NCBI RefSeq assembly: GCF_000150275.1
Contig: NW_002060972.1
Location: 1 to 64,000, forward strand
DNA: 64,000 nt
Direction of reading: 5' to 3'
DNA from: Trichoplax adhaerens
Taxonomy: Eukaryota > Animalia > Placozoa
Below the pieces are notes generated by a model. That model made no database searches and was not told where the DNA came from. It saw only the letters and a list, made by a program, of their open reading frames with translations. The translations under genes and the position numbers were made by a program. Of this stretch, positions 1 to 13,722 are shown one piece after another (position 1 is the first letter of the stretch; every line of letters begins with the position of its first letter).

Positions 1-282
1 CCCTAACCCTAACCCTAACCCTAACCCTAACCCTAACCCTAACCCTAACCCTAACCCTAACCCTAACCCTAACCCTAACCCTAACCCTAACCCTAACCCT
101 AACCCTAACCCTAACCCTAACCCTAACCCTAACCCTAACCCTAACCCTAACCCTAACCCTAACCCTAACCCTAACCCTAACCGTAACCCTAACCCTAACC
201 CTAACCCTAACCCTAACCCTAACCCTAACCCTAACCCTAACCCTAACCCTAACCCTAACCCTAACCCTAACCCTAACCTTAA
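1..282 (-). repeat. Telomeric repeat (CCCTAA)n = (TTAGGG)n
   Basis: Near-perfect CCCTAA array from base 1; variant CCGTAA at 181 and terminal CCTTAA at 277-282. Confidence 0.99.
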
Positions 283-3088
283 GGCATTTTATTTTTGAAT
301 TAACCTATCTAATCATGATTTAACCTTGATTCTTTATTCTGAATAATATGTAGGAAAATAAAAGACGGAAGTTTACTTGCCATTGGATTAAGCAATGAGT
401 AACTGTAAGCAATCGGTAATTGCACTATAGTTTTACTAGGAAAGAAATAGGTAGTGAAAAACCAGGCTATGTTATTCTAGTGCTTTAGCATGAAATATCC
501 AAGTTTTGTATGATATAACCAGTAGTATTGATACTAGCTTCCAATTATAATTCTTGATATTTCATAAAGATTAGTTAAGATTTAATTCAGTTTCATCAGA
601 ACCTAAATTTGCTTAGTGAAAATGTAGTCAAGGAATTTAGGGCTAGAAAATTATATTGACTTTATATAATGTGAATATAAGTACATAAGATTAGCGGGAT
701 TGAAATTACAGCATCCGCGTTAGTAACGCAGTTAAATTTGAAGTATTTATGATTTACTGGTGTAAGATTATTCTAAAGAAGACATCACATCTATAGTAAT
801 GCCTTAAATTCTAAAATTTTATTAGCTTCTCAGCATGAATACATAAATTGAGTTGAAATGGATTAATGTACGAGCTTTACATTTATAAGAGCTGTTCTAA
901 TATATTTTGGAATATAAAACTCAATGCACTTGGAATTTAAATGTTTATATGTGATGAACTCCCTCATATCGCTCGTGCGTCTATGAGTGATAGAGCATAT
1001 AAGTTATGTTGCGGATTACTGAAGTACCGAGGTAATCAAGTAATTTATGCGCATACGCGTATATATTATTTCCGTAATATAAGACGTAAAATTACCGTAT
1101 GATTTTGGTCTACAAATGACCACCAGTCGAATTAATCTGTTGCAAATCACTTTTACGGTGCCTCTTTTATATCATCTTTGAAGAACGCACTGAGGTGCTA
1201 TTAGTTCGAGTATAAATAGTATAGAGCTAATTATTGCTTTAAGGGAAGACGTAACGAAAGTTGATGTTCCATTTATCTAATCATAATTTAAACAAAATAT
1301 TTTTAAGTTGTGTTACTTGAATGTAAGGTACTTATCATTACATAAGATAAGTGAGGAATTTATAGCGTATTTCTACCTGAAATTCTATATTACGAAGTGA
1401 TTAGTCAAATGATTAGGTTAGTAATATTGTTGGGATATATTTTTCATGTCATAGAATGCGCAACTGTCAAGTTAATTCATTATATCGATCAATTAAATTC
1501 TGTAATTACATAAATTTCTTTGAATTGAATAGGAATACGTGATAGTAATTTTCCAATTTTTACGTACGAAGTAGCTACGGTATCATAATATCAAAATCGA
1601 GCTCACAAGTTACCTTGGCTGTTCGTTTAAGTTAATCTAGATCTTCCTATCTATTAGTTTCCTTGTCTATCGAATGAAGACAGTCTCAGCATGTAGTTCT
1701 AAAGCTTTTCTAGTATTCTAGTTTATCATGTTTATTGGAAAGCTAATTTAGACTTTTGTACTCGTGGAACGATGTCAACGATTTACTCTTATGTATACTA
1801 AATCTAAAGATATAGGAAGTAGTAGCTGATAGCTTTTAATCTCTTCTATGAATGAATAGCTCCTTACATTCTTTGTAGTTCATGCATTATAGTATAGAAG
1901 ACATAGTACTTGCAATCGGCCTTAGAATGAGGTACTAAAAACTAACTAAATTCAGTTTTCGGAATCATACTGGTATCGACGATAGAATATTCTTGTACTG
2001 TAGTTACATTATATCGTTCTTATCTACATATATACATTCGTATTTATATCGAGATTTTCGTGGTACCTTGCCATCGATTGAATTAACTTAATAGCGGCTA
2101 GAATGTTTTTCCGTGATATCCTATTCGTCGTCATAGTAACATCACACCGATACGAATACAACATGCCTAAGATACAAAGGATTGCTTGATCTAATGAACA
2201 GTAAGGTACCGTTAGTATTGTTTCCCGTAGTAGGTTATAGTATATGCCTATAATGTTCAGTACGCTGCCTAGGTTAGCTTATCTTTAATTTGTTCAAGAC
2301 TCTATCTATAATGAAATGAGAGCAATGTGTGAGTATGTAATTATACCCAAACCTATACTCATTGTAGACACACCGTAACTTACTTTAGACGTATGATAGC
2401 CATACAGCGCATGATTCGTTACCAATGTGATTACTACTGATATATTAAATATACTGTACGTATATGATAGTTACCAAGCATACAGTAGTTATTATCAGTT
2501 ACTGTTTATAAATACAGTATATCATTTATACAGTCGCTTGAAATTCGTAATTTACAGATAGCCATCTGTACCTCCTCTTCTGGCATACTAACAATTGCAA
2601 TACTGTTTTATACCGGACCTTCAGCACCTAAACAAAATTTGCGTTATTTGGTCCTTCATAGTTATCTTCTTCTTCGGTGAAAGAGCAAGTGGTGATTATT
2701 ACTTTATATATATACAAAAATCAACTTCTTTTTTACTGAAAGATCTTAGAATTGTATGTAATCCTAGACCTACTTTCAAACTGTTGATAAGATTACATTT
2801 TACGCTAGAAAGTTCCATACACATACTTTGGAAGAAAATTTTCTTTTGGATTTGGATGTTTCTTGTTCGTGTGCCCCTAAAACTTAGAGTGTAAACGTAG
2901 ACATAGTAAATAAGTTACTAGTACCATATATTTAAGAGTGATTTGTGATATTAAGAAGACGGCATTGAAAGGTTTTGAAAACATATCATAACGGAAAATT
3001 TCAAAAGTTTACATACTTTAAGTCCGGTAACACTTTACAAATCATTCCATAACTTTAAACATTTTCGATAGCTGAAATAATACTAAAT

Positions 3089-6000
3089 ATGGGAGACCAG
3101 GCCAGAAATCAGCAAACGGAAGGTAGCGAGCAAGTTATTCATAATGCTCATCATTGTTTTCTTGTCATGGAAGATCTATTGGACAAGTTAAAGCTACTAG
3201 ATTACGAAAATAGCTTTTGCAAAAATATGGGCTATAAGTACATTTCAAGGTAGGTTGATGTTGGGTTTACTATTATTTCATAGAAGTTATAAAAATTAAA
3301 TGATGCTTATGTACAATAATGTATTAATGAGTTCTATGAATACATTTAAAATCTTAGAATATAGCTGTAGATCACTTATAAGGCTACCAGCTTGAAGCTA
3401 GTAGGACTTCAATGGATTTATATGTTGTGTGATAAGTAGACATAACGATATTACTTAGTATAACAAGTATCAATTTTATTTAAATTTAAGGCATTACTTC
3501 GCAATGCAAATAAATTCAGGAGAACAGTTTCATATCTTTACGGGGTTGGTAGCTTGGCTATTAGGCATATGTGGTGTCACCGATTTCGAACCTCCTCAGG
3601 AAGTCAGTTATAATCTAACTACTAGAGTATCTTATTAACTGTTAGAAAAATTTATTTTTTAAGTTATAACTGTAGCATTGAAAGTATCCATTTACTGAAT
3701 AGTATGATGATCCTAATGCCACAATCTCTAATATATTGGGCGCGTTGAAGAAATTGGTTAGTGAGCATTAACCTTGAATGATTTTAATTATATGATATCA
3801 CTGCGAGCAGTAGGACTCGTTTCATATAATGTTATTGTTAAATATTTAGATTTAGCAAATCATCTGCAATAAATGTTTTAGTCGTATTACTTTACTAATT
3901 GCTATTATAATAGTGCCATTTTTCGTACTAAAATTATCTTAATTGAATTAAAGTAAATGCTGATAAGATATGTGATATTATTTCTTTAAACAACATAGTC
4001 TATCCAAACAGACTTCCCACCATCTAAACTGAAAACAGGAGCTGGTCAGCAGGTACTGTTATTAATATTTACTGACTGTGACCTTAATATGAGATCATAA
4101 AGTTAGCCATATAAGCGTATAACAAATAGTAAGTTTTGTTTAGAAAAATTTGTTATCCCACTAAATTATGTCAATGAAATATATTCTAAGGTTTGCTACG
4201 TTTTGGATTCACTTGCTGATGTCGCATTAAAGAGCATAAAGTTTAAATGGGATAAGTATGTACAACGAAGTAGTTATCTCTCGTAATATCAATACTGGAT
4301 CTTCTGAATTCGTCTATGACGGTAAGCTAATTCTAATGCAAATACACTAGACCAATTTATCCGGAGGAAGAAAATGAAGATGACGAAAACTTTTTTGATG
4401 AAAATTTGGAGGTGACCACGAGTAAGGAAGTAGAAGACGAGGAAATAGTAAGTTAACTTTGATTAAAACTTACAAAGACGGTAATTATATCCGAGCAAAA
4501 ATATGATTATAACTTTAAGAAATCCTGAAATGTTATTTAGGAGGAAGAAGGAGAATTTGAAGAAGAAGANNNNNNNNNNNNNNNNNNNNNNNNNNNNNNN
4601 NNNNNNNNNNNNNNNNNNNNNNNNNNNNNNNNNNNNNNNNNNNNNNNNNNNNNNNNNNNNNNNNNNNNNNNNNNNNNNNNNNNNNNNNNNNNNNNNNNNN
4701 NNNNNNNNNNNNNNNNNNNNNNNNNNNNNNNNNNNNNNNNNNNNNNNNNNNNNNNNNNNNNNNNNNNNNNNNNNNNNNNNNNNNNNNNNNNNNNNNNNNN
4801 NNNNNNNNNNNNNNNNNNNNNNNNNNNNNNNNNNNNNNNNNNNNNNNNNNNNNNNNAATAACTATTGATAAATTTCATAGGAGGACGAAAAGGATGTTTC
4901 CAAACCTGAAGGTGTCATGGAATCGAATACGGACGTAACTGAATGGCGTATGGAAGTGGAAAGAGTTTTACCTTCATTGAAGGTTCACATTAAATCTGAT
5001 AATAAGGCTAGTATTTGTGCTATCATATACGGCACTCATATTTTCATATTTACATTATCATACTGTGTAATAATTATTCATGGCCGAACAATAATCGTAG
5101 GATTGGCGCAGTCATCTGGAACAAATGCATCAGTATCGAGATGGAATTGAATCAACGTTAACAGAAACAAGGGTAAGTATCTGGATAATTTATTTTACAT
5201 TCAGCAGGATAATTTTTGTATTATCTAAACCATTAACATCCTTAAATTTAAGTTATCATAACTAATCTTATTAGGGGCATTTAGATAAGCTACATCAAGA
5301 AATCACTAAAACGCTGGAAAAAATTTCCAGTCGAGAAAAATATGTCAATAATCAGGTAGATCAGTACCTATAAGTAATCATGTTAGTGATAGCGATCCCG
5401 ATATAACATAGGTAAAATACAAATATTATGCATTTCAAGAAGTTAAAACCAGCCTGTGAAGCTAGTAATTAATACTAATGCGGACAGGACTGTATTAAAT
5501 AATTATAATAACCAATTATACTCAGTCGATCATCTTCGTTACAGTTTCCTCATGCAAAATTTATAACCGATATCGTTAATATTACTCGTATAAATTTGAT
5601 AATTGATATAAATGTTACTATTTATTTAATTTATTAATAGCTAGATAATAGTTTACAAGAGTTCAGGGGCAGGCGAGATGGTCTAGCAGAGGTATGTTTC
5701 ACGTCATCTATCTCAGTTCTATGGTTATCTATCTATAATGCTAGAACTGCTTCAATTTATGAATTTCGTTGGCTTTTAAATTTGAGCATAATTTAATAAA
5801 CATAAAACTTTACGTATTGGTACATGAAATAGATAAACGAGAAATACAAGCAAGGAAGTGTAGGCGTCAATAATTTGACAAAAACATTATCTCAGGTGAG
5901 CGTTTTCGATATCAGTAGACTTTTTACGCTTGTTTAATGCAAGGCATAAAATTAAGACTGGAACTTAGATTCAAGTAGACGTCTTACTTGAAATACTTTT

Positions 6001-6618
6001 TTTATTCTCATTATACAGATTACAGAAGAACTTGAGGTTATCAAATCTCAAATGGACGAACGTGGAACAAGCATGACCGACTCAGGTTGGAAATGAATTC
6101 TTGTATTAAGACTTCATTAAGAAAGGTATTGGTGTTATTATTGTCATCAATATTTATTTATTCATTATTCTGGAATACATATAATAGGTCCACTTGTTAA
6201 AATTAAACAAGCCTTAACTCGCTTGAAAAACGATATAACACAAATGGATTTGCGAATTGGTGTTGTAAGTGATGCACTATTATTAATCACAAGCAATAGT
6301 TTGTAAGACTTTACGTTCATAGTTGCGGTCTCTGACTTGCAGTTGCTACATTAGTACAAGCAAAGCTTATAGCAATGACTTTCTGACGTACCTTTGAAAT
6401 ATTAAAACTGCACGTTTACAGCTAATTTTTACTTTAGTATATAAATGGTATTAATGTCTTGCAAGTAAGAGTGAATGAGAGATCATTTTTTCTTTGACTC
6501 ATAGGTTGAACATATCCTAATGAATGCACGATTGAAAGATAAATCAAATTTAAGACAAGATTTGGACTTGGCAACGACTGGTCCCCAGGAATCTTATACA
6601 AATTTTCACTTATATTAA
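3089..6618 (+). CDS. IFT57: Intraflagellar transport protein 57 (multi-exon; spans an assembly gap)
   Basis: Spliced translation: MGDQ...MEDLLDKLKLLDYENSF..SR|HYFAMQINSGEQFHIFTGLVAWL..FEPPQE|YDDPNATISNIL...EWRMEVERVLPSLKV..DNK|DWRSHLEQMHQY..LEKISSREKYVNNQ..MDERGTSMTDS|GPLVKIKQALTRLKNDITQMDLRIGV|VEH.. These are hallmark IFT57 motifs. Stop TAA at 6616-6618. Confidence 0.95.
4570..4856. other. Assembly gap (N run) within IFT57
   Basis: Run of N. Confidence 0.99.
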
Positions 6619-7521
6619 TACTTGACGAAATGCTTTCATCTTCTTCAAATAATTACCTTTAGTGAAACCACTACTGTATTCATTCTAGAAATGCCATCGT
6701 TTTCTAAGCGTAGCATTACTTCATTATAGCATCATACCTTTATTTTAGAGATCAGTCTATTGCGTTATAAACAAGCTAGACAGCGGCAATTCCTACTATA
6801 ATATCGGAATTGAATTTATAAACGCTAGCCATCTATCGACTAGGCGCAGAAAGGAAGCGTACTGTCTACTGATTGTACAATACAACCACGCGTACAATGA
6901 TCCCAATTACATCTTCTCAGGCTATCCTTATTAGATAATTACAGGTAAACGCCTGATTTTAGATTGTCGTGTTCCGTAATCATTTTCTGATTAATCCATT
7001 TCATGTTAGAAATTGAATATACGATTCATTGAATTTGTAGCATTATTGACTATACAAAACCTTACGATGGCGATTTACACTGTCATTTAACTTGCAAGTG
7101 TAGTCGATAACCTTTTATCAAAGAATGATAGCCTACTTTACGGTATTAAGACAGTCTACCCAATTGAGGGTTTTATCCAATGGTAGAAATATGTCAGCCA
7201 ATGATATTGCATTGAATGGTGTCGTTCTATGATCCATTTATCCTACTGCAAATAAATTCAATCAAATGATGAAAGTCATGGATTTACTATTGCGTTCACT
7301 TTTGCCGACTTTAATCCTACTCAGAACAGCGTTTTTATTCAGTACTACACTGCAGTGAAAATAGCGTACTGTAGTATGAAATAATATCATTGCTAATACT
7401 ATCCTAGTATCAAGAGCAACATGGCATCAGATCACTGCATGATAGAATCGGTACAGTCCATACATTCATAGCATACCTGTCTTGATCTACATCATCCTAT
7501 ACTGTACATTTGCTTATTCAA

Positions 7522-7952
7522 TGCATTCTCGATCTCCATTTTAGCAACAACACCAGTAACGTGTGTTGGTGAAACTTGAATAAATATACTCCTTCTCGAT
7601 CTAATCTCTCTCTGATGATCGATCACCATTTTAGCAACAACATCAGGAACGTATGTTGGTGAAACTTGAATAAATATACTCCTTTCCTCCTCGATCTACC
7701 TACAGTAAAATACATTCTCGATCTACTCTCTCTCTCTGATGATCGATCTCCATTTTAGCAACAACACCAGTAACGTGTGTTGTTCGTGAAACTTGAATAA
7801 ATATACTCCTTTCCTCCTCGATCTACCTACAGTTAAATGCATTCTCGATCTACTCTCTCTCTGATGATCGATCTCCATTTTAATATCAACACCAGTACAG
7901 CGTGTTGGTGGTGAAACTTGAATAAGTCGACTCCTTTCCTCCTCAATCTACC
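7522..7952. repeat. Tandem repeat, 4 diverged units of ~95-125 bp
   Basis: Recurrent CCATTTTAGCAACAACACCAGTAACGTGTGTTGGTGAAACTTGAATAAATATACTCC core near 7536, 7626, 7750 and 7875. Confidence 0.9.
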
Positions 7953-8340
7953 TGTACAGTGTACAGTACATTACTGACATCTCTTTGACATACTGTACTG
8001 TAACCCAAATACGGTACTATACCGTGCAGTAACATTGCATGCAGTACTCAGTACAGTACAGTACATGGTTTATTCTTTTCGCTGATATTTTACAGTACTG
8101 TACAGTACTGTACAGTGTACTGTATGGGCTTAGTACTGTACTGTATGCCTCTTTGTCTTTCTTTTATCGGTAGTTTCTGATAACAGTACAGTACTGCACC
8201 ATAAGCTACAGTACATTATACTGTAATCCGAACTAATGTACTGTACACTGTACTGTACGTACTGTACTGTACAGTCCAGTACTGTAGAGTGTACAATACG
8301 TACTACTGTATACTGTACAGTACTGTACGCCGTACGGGGC
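7953..8340. repeat. TACTG/CAGTA/GTAC low-complexity palindromic array upstream of TMEM147
   Basis: Dense TACTGTACAG, CAGTACTG and ACTGTAC words in both orientations. Confidence 0.85.
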
Positions 8341-8505
8341 TGTAGCTGAATACTGATCCTTCCGATCGTCTAGTAAGTTCTTCACGATAGAGTCAGAGTG
8401 GACTACATGAGGAAGGACGAAATCGAAATTACCTCAAGTCGTCCTGCACTGAGTTTGTAACTGGATTGAGTTTGAACTGAGTAAATTGTACTATTGAAGA
8501 CAAAG

Positions 8506-11186
8506 ATGACCTTCTTTCATCTTGCCAATTGCCTAGCACTTGGTTATGTACCTTATTTTATTACCTATAAGTATTCAAAACTGTAAGTACCATTTGTAAT
8601 GCACAAGTTCGAAGCTGAAAGCAGTCTTGATCATTCTATACCAGTCTATTATAATGAGCTGTGACTGCAAGATACAATCATTTTAAATTAGTAGTCTTTG
8701 GTCAACATGAAATGAAATTGAATTAAATTGAGGCAAATAATAGACGTATATCAACCGTTGAAGACTAGGATGTGTACCTTGAGTCTGCTATGCAAAAGAA
8801 AAAGTACATTTAGTGATGCGCTTTTACTGTAGTCTGTTTGCTCCGGCGAGTTGATCACTCATGTGCGTCAAATTTAAAACGCCAGAAATGCCTTGACATT
8901 CATCTTCTCGTTAGCTCAGCTTGACAATCGTAATGTTATACGTCTGCTAATCTTTTGACGTGATCATTTTGTTAATAATGTTGCAGATCCGAATATAGTG
9001 CCTTTAATAAATGTATTAAAGTTGGAGCAATGTACTTCATAACGCAGGCTGTGAAGGTACGCATGGTATATTCAGGTTTCATTTACAAATAATGTGATAA
9101 TTTCGTACTTAACCAATGACATGGATGAATTATAATTGTTTTAATCAGTTGTTAGCTTTAGCAACAATCTTCCCAGTAACTTATGATGCCTCGGATACCT
9201 TGGATGCTAGATCGGTAAAACCACTAGTACACGTAACAATATTTTCTTTTGTATCATGATTGTTGTGTGAAACCACATATTACAGTGCGTTATCCTTAAT
9301 AATAAGCCCGGATTTCAGTGCTTACAACCATAGATCCACAATTAAGAGTATACTGTATAACGTGGTGTTAAGTTCGAGATTATCTATGTTATATTGTGCA
9401 GTCATTGATTTTGCATTTCACTAAAACATACTATCCATTAATGTTGACAAACCTACAAATCAAGTGCTCGTATGCGCTGGATACCCTTCACGACATAAAA
9501 TCTTAACGTGAATAAACTTGATGTACTGGCTTAATTGAATAGATTATCGATCATGCATGTGATAATATCAACTAGTGAAGGCTATCCTTATAGACATCGT
9601 AGCTGTATTGATATTAGTGCTGTAATTCTTAAAATGCCAATTGCTTTTCTTACGGATTCTCTTTAGGAGATTATAAAATGTACGATAGATTTGTTGGATG
9701 TTACTGGTTTATATTTCGCACTATCATACACGACTGTGGCAGCTGACTGCAGAATTTTAGCTGTTGGAATGGGTAAGCTGATAACTGATTGAATGATTTA
9801 AAAGTTAGGAAGATGGATAGTTACGAACATATGGAGTAATGGTGATCCATACAGTTCAGCTGTAATCTTTATTTACTGGCTACTGATATTTTATGCGCAG
9901 TCAAGTTACTAGAGTGATTGTATCATTTGTTGCCATAAAATCAATTCAACGCACAACCTTACAATTTTGCCTTAGGTTGGTCGGCTGCCGAATTTATGGC
10001 CACCCGTATTTTGCCTCTTTGGGTTGGAGCTCGTGGCGTCGAGTTTGAGTGGAAATATATCCTTTTAAGCTTCGATGGGAATATTAGCTTGGTAAGTATT
10101 GGAGCTTCTACATTTGGCATGTTGTTGATGCCTTACGGCTGAAGCTTAAATGTCTTTGGGTTGAAGCTTTGTTCATTGCCCATGCGTCACCATTTGGTAA
10201 ATTAACAGTCAGATATGGACTGTAAGAAGCTGTAATGCGCGTAATATTAATTTCTAGTGAAGTTATCGTTCACTTGATAACGTAAATCGCTACTTATAAT
10301 AAGTGCTTAGGAAATGCATGACCCAAGTAAATTCATTAGCAAAAATAGAGACCTAAATGATGATGTAACTGTTATTTTAAAATTTATGGAACTTTGTGAA
10401 ACATTCATAATTAATTATATTAAGAGTAGTCCCTATTATATGAAAATCGGACAGTACAATTTTTGAACCGTCAATGCTTTATTGATTTTATATGCAATAG
10501 ATCCAATATACTGCAGTAGCGGCTCTAATGTGGAATTGGCTCCGCCTCAATGACTCCAGCAAAGTAATTTCAGCGCTTATTTTACTGCTGATTTCGCTTT
10601 TGTTTTTCATGCCGGTTATATTCAGGTTTGTAAGTGAAACATACCTATGCTTTGATAACATGAATTTATACATCATTACGATTTTAGTGCTCTTATATAG
10701 TAGTTTACGATAGGTAATTAAAAGCGCATGCAGGATCGTAGCAGATTTGTCTACATTAACATAATCAAGTTTACTATTTGCTCTTTCTTTGTTGATAACT
10801 CGAAGATTAAGTATTACGCATTTATTTCTTAAAATGTAGCACTTCTGTCCATCAATGTTCATGTTATTGCATTACACTGTATATTCTAGTTAGAAAGTCT
10901 CGTTGAGTATGTTCATACTGATTCCTTAGTAAATCAAATTCAGTTTCTAGTATTCTGCAGATAGTCTAAATTCGTAGCGATACCGTTTTGAGTAATCAGT
11001 ATTGCCTCGGAAATTGAAATGGAGTAAGATGCTCATTTTTCAATTTTATTGTATTACAGATTGCTGATTCAAATCCAGCCGTTAAGGAATTTGGGTATTT
11101 TGCCCTTCAAAGTTGTCTTCACTAGCACAATTGGCGTTTACGCTATGTACTTATACTTTGCTATATCGGCAAAGCCTAGATATTGA
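8506..11186 (+). CDS. TMEM147: Transmembrane protein 147 (7 coding exons)
   Basis: [26 protein letters not shown]|[23 protein letters not shown]|LLALATIFP..|..[39 protein letters not shown]|[13 protein letters not shown].. matches TMEM147 signatures (MTLFHFGNC.., [15 protein letters not shown]). GT-AG introns; TGA at 11184-11186. Confidence 0.95.
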
Positions 11187-11556
11187 TTAAGCAGTCATAA
11201 TCTATGATTTATACAGGTGAATCGTGAATATTTGCATCTGCTGCTGTCGTAGCAGTAACCTGGAACTACTCATTGTACTACGTTTAAAATTTTATTGCAT
11301 ACTTTTTATTAACTGTAAAAACTTCACTTAGAACGCGTTTGAAAGATTAATTGAAATCTTGAATTTTTACAATTGTTCATAACCATATAAAACATTATTT
11401 CAATAAGCTATAGAATTAAATAAACAGTAGTATTGCTACATCGTATGTTGGTGATAATTGTCTAAGGGTACATCACACGGCAGGGAATGATATCCACCGA
11501 GCCTCAGTACATTATATCTAACTGAACTTCGTAGCAGCAGTACCTAAATGAAATTA

Positions 11557-13367
11557 CTATGGATATTTTTGTAATTGTTCTTCATGTAATTCAGAGAATG
11601 CATCCCTCATTCGTTTCAGCAGGACAAACTTAGATTGCAGGTAAGCAGCTTTATTTTCTATTTTTGCCAAGCGATTCTCCTATACAGCCCGAATTAATAA
11701 TCATCGAGAAATATGAGTACGTTTATTGAAGACAGGAGTATATTCAGTAGCTTAAATAGACAAAATTCCAGATCTGCAGAACAGCTATCACAACTAAGCG
11801 TGCCGTTAACAACGGTAACTAAGAGCGGCAGATAAAAGGCAAAAATTCGTCTAGATTAATATGCACTCTGTACAGTAATGGTAATCATTGATTCTAACCA
11901 GGGGGAAAACATGACTATATTGTATTTACGTTAATTAAATATCGTTTTTCTATTGTAACATACCAGGGTCGCTTCTCTAGCACTGACAAAAAATTCAGAG
12001 AACCATCCAATGTTATTTAAATTTTCACTTAACGAAGCTATTCCTTTCGCTATTGCTGGAAAAAAATGCACGACATCTCTGCAAGATATGTCCAATGTTA
12101 ATATTTGTGTTACATCTATAATTGTATCATAGTTGAGTTTTGACAAAATGAATTTAGCATTTAAAGCGCAGCGACTTATGCCGTACAAATAATGTTCAAC
12201 ACTACGAGGGACTCATAAGAAAAAGAAGAGTGCCTGAAACTAAGTGCAGTGCAGCCATAAAGGCTAATATAAATGTAACTTCTTTGACGTCTACGTTCAA
12301 TCACGTGAAAAACAATGATCTTAATGTTAACTATTTAGGCACAGAATAGCCAATATTGATGTAAAGTATCACTAATTAGGGTGTTGTGATTCAGCTAAAT
12401 CAGTTACAGTTAACAGATCCTCAACTAATATCTCGCTATTCTTTGCACACTGAATATTCATTTGCTCATCGATCGTAGCACCAACGCAGCTGTAATACGC
12501 ACCCATGATACTTTGCATTCACTTCCAAATAATCACCAATGACAGATTCCTGCAGAACGGATAGTATTCGTTCCTGCTTTTCAATCACACTAGTAAGATG
12601 AGCAGTTAGATCTTCCAGCAATTCCACTTTGGATACTGTTGACAAATGTAACAAGCAAGAATCAAATCATGCTGTGTCGTCGACACAGTCCTTGCACTGT
12701 TTCATGTTGTAGTAATGAACAATGTACACTCAAGTATCATGTTAAAAGGAAATCGACTCAAATAGTAACAATAAATTACGAACCTAAATGATCGATACGG
12801 GTAATATCGCGAGTCATTTTATCTTTCTCTATATAGCACATTTCGCAATCAACCTGGTTGAGGGGGAATTGTTCATCCATTACACATAGCATACAGGCAA
12901 AGTATAAAAATTTCTTGAAATTACGTTAGATCGGACAATAATAAAACATTATAGTATCTACTCCGTTGGGCTATCAAGATGCAAGATATCATAGAACAAC
13001 GACTACATTTTCATAAGGATCTTACGTTATCTAAGGCCTCGGTTAAAGTATCGATTTTAGATAAGGTTTTGAGTAATTTCGATGATATCCAGTTGTCCGT
13101 TTGAAACTGTTGGCTGACCTTTAAATGGAAATGATGACAGTCGATTATGTCATTTAATACGTTGACTGCATTACGACATCAACTTTTACAATAAGTTGCT
13201 TGATGAATTTATACCGATGATTCCTCGTTTTCTTTATGAAGCAAACTGCCATGTTCATGCTTCTCAACAATACTTAATATGCGCTGCAAAGAACCTAACT
13301 GAATGTGCGAATCGGTAAGCCAAGGATTGGATTCTGCAGATTCTGCTTTGGAGACGATCTCCGCCAT
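11557..13367 (-). CDS. HAUS2: HAUS augmin-like complex subunit 2-like (multi-exon)
   Basis: MAEIVSKAESAESNPW..|..KIDTLTEALDN|VDCEMCYIEKDKMTRDIT..|SKVELLEDLTAHLTSVIEKQERILSVLQESVIGDYLEVNAKYH|DVVHFFPAIAKGIASLSENLNNIGW..|..LKRMRDAFSELHEEQLQKYP*. The N-terminal NPW, EKD-T-D and L..VI..K-R...LQ.....L-V-A-Y pattern recall HAUS2/AUG2. Family recognised from memory. Confidence 0.72.
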
Positions 13368-13399
13368 TCTTGTTATCCGTACAGAATCACCATCAATAT

Positions 13400-13722
13400 T
13401 CTGTATTGCACAGTGTACAGTGTACCGTATGAACTTTGTACTGTACAGTTTCTGCAGTCAAGTCGTTTGTACTGTAAAAATGTCCGTGGCGTACTGTACA
13501 GTACTGTAGTATAGTACAGTAATACCGTACGTGCAGTACTATGCACTACTAGAAATCATTAGAGTACACTACAGTACAGTACAGTACACTACAGTACTTT
13601 GTTTTGGCAGTTGGTCAACATTGCTTTGGCGGCAAAGTTTTCGAACAAGAGTACTGTACAGTACACTGTACAGTACAGTACAGTACAGTGTACAGTCGTT
13701 GTACTGTACTGTATGTACTGTA
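13400..13722. repeat. TACTG/CAGTA low-complexity array upstream of the HAUS2-like start codon
   Basis: Includes (CAGTA)n runs at 13572-13586 and 13671-13690 and TACTGTACAG palindromes. Confidence 0.85.

Noticed and set aside
4503-4878. ORFs spanning the N run
   Set aside because: Artefacts of the assembly gap; only a short IFT57 exon fragment is real.
7522-7952. CRISPR-like array or hammerhead ribozyme
   Set aside because: Eukaryotic context, no unique spacers and no cas genes; hammerhead stems II and III do not pair around CTGATGA/GAAA.
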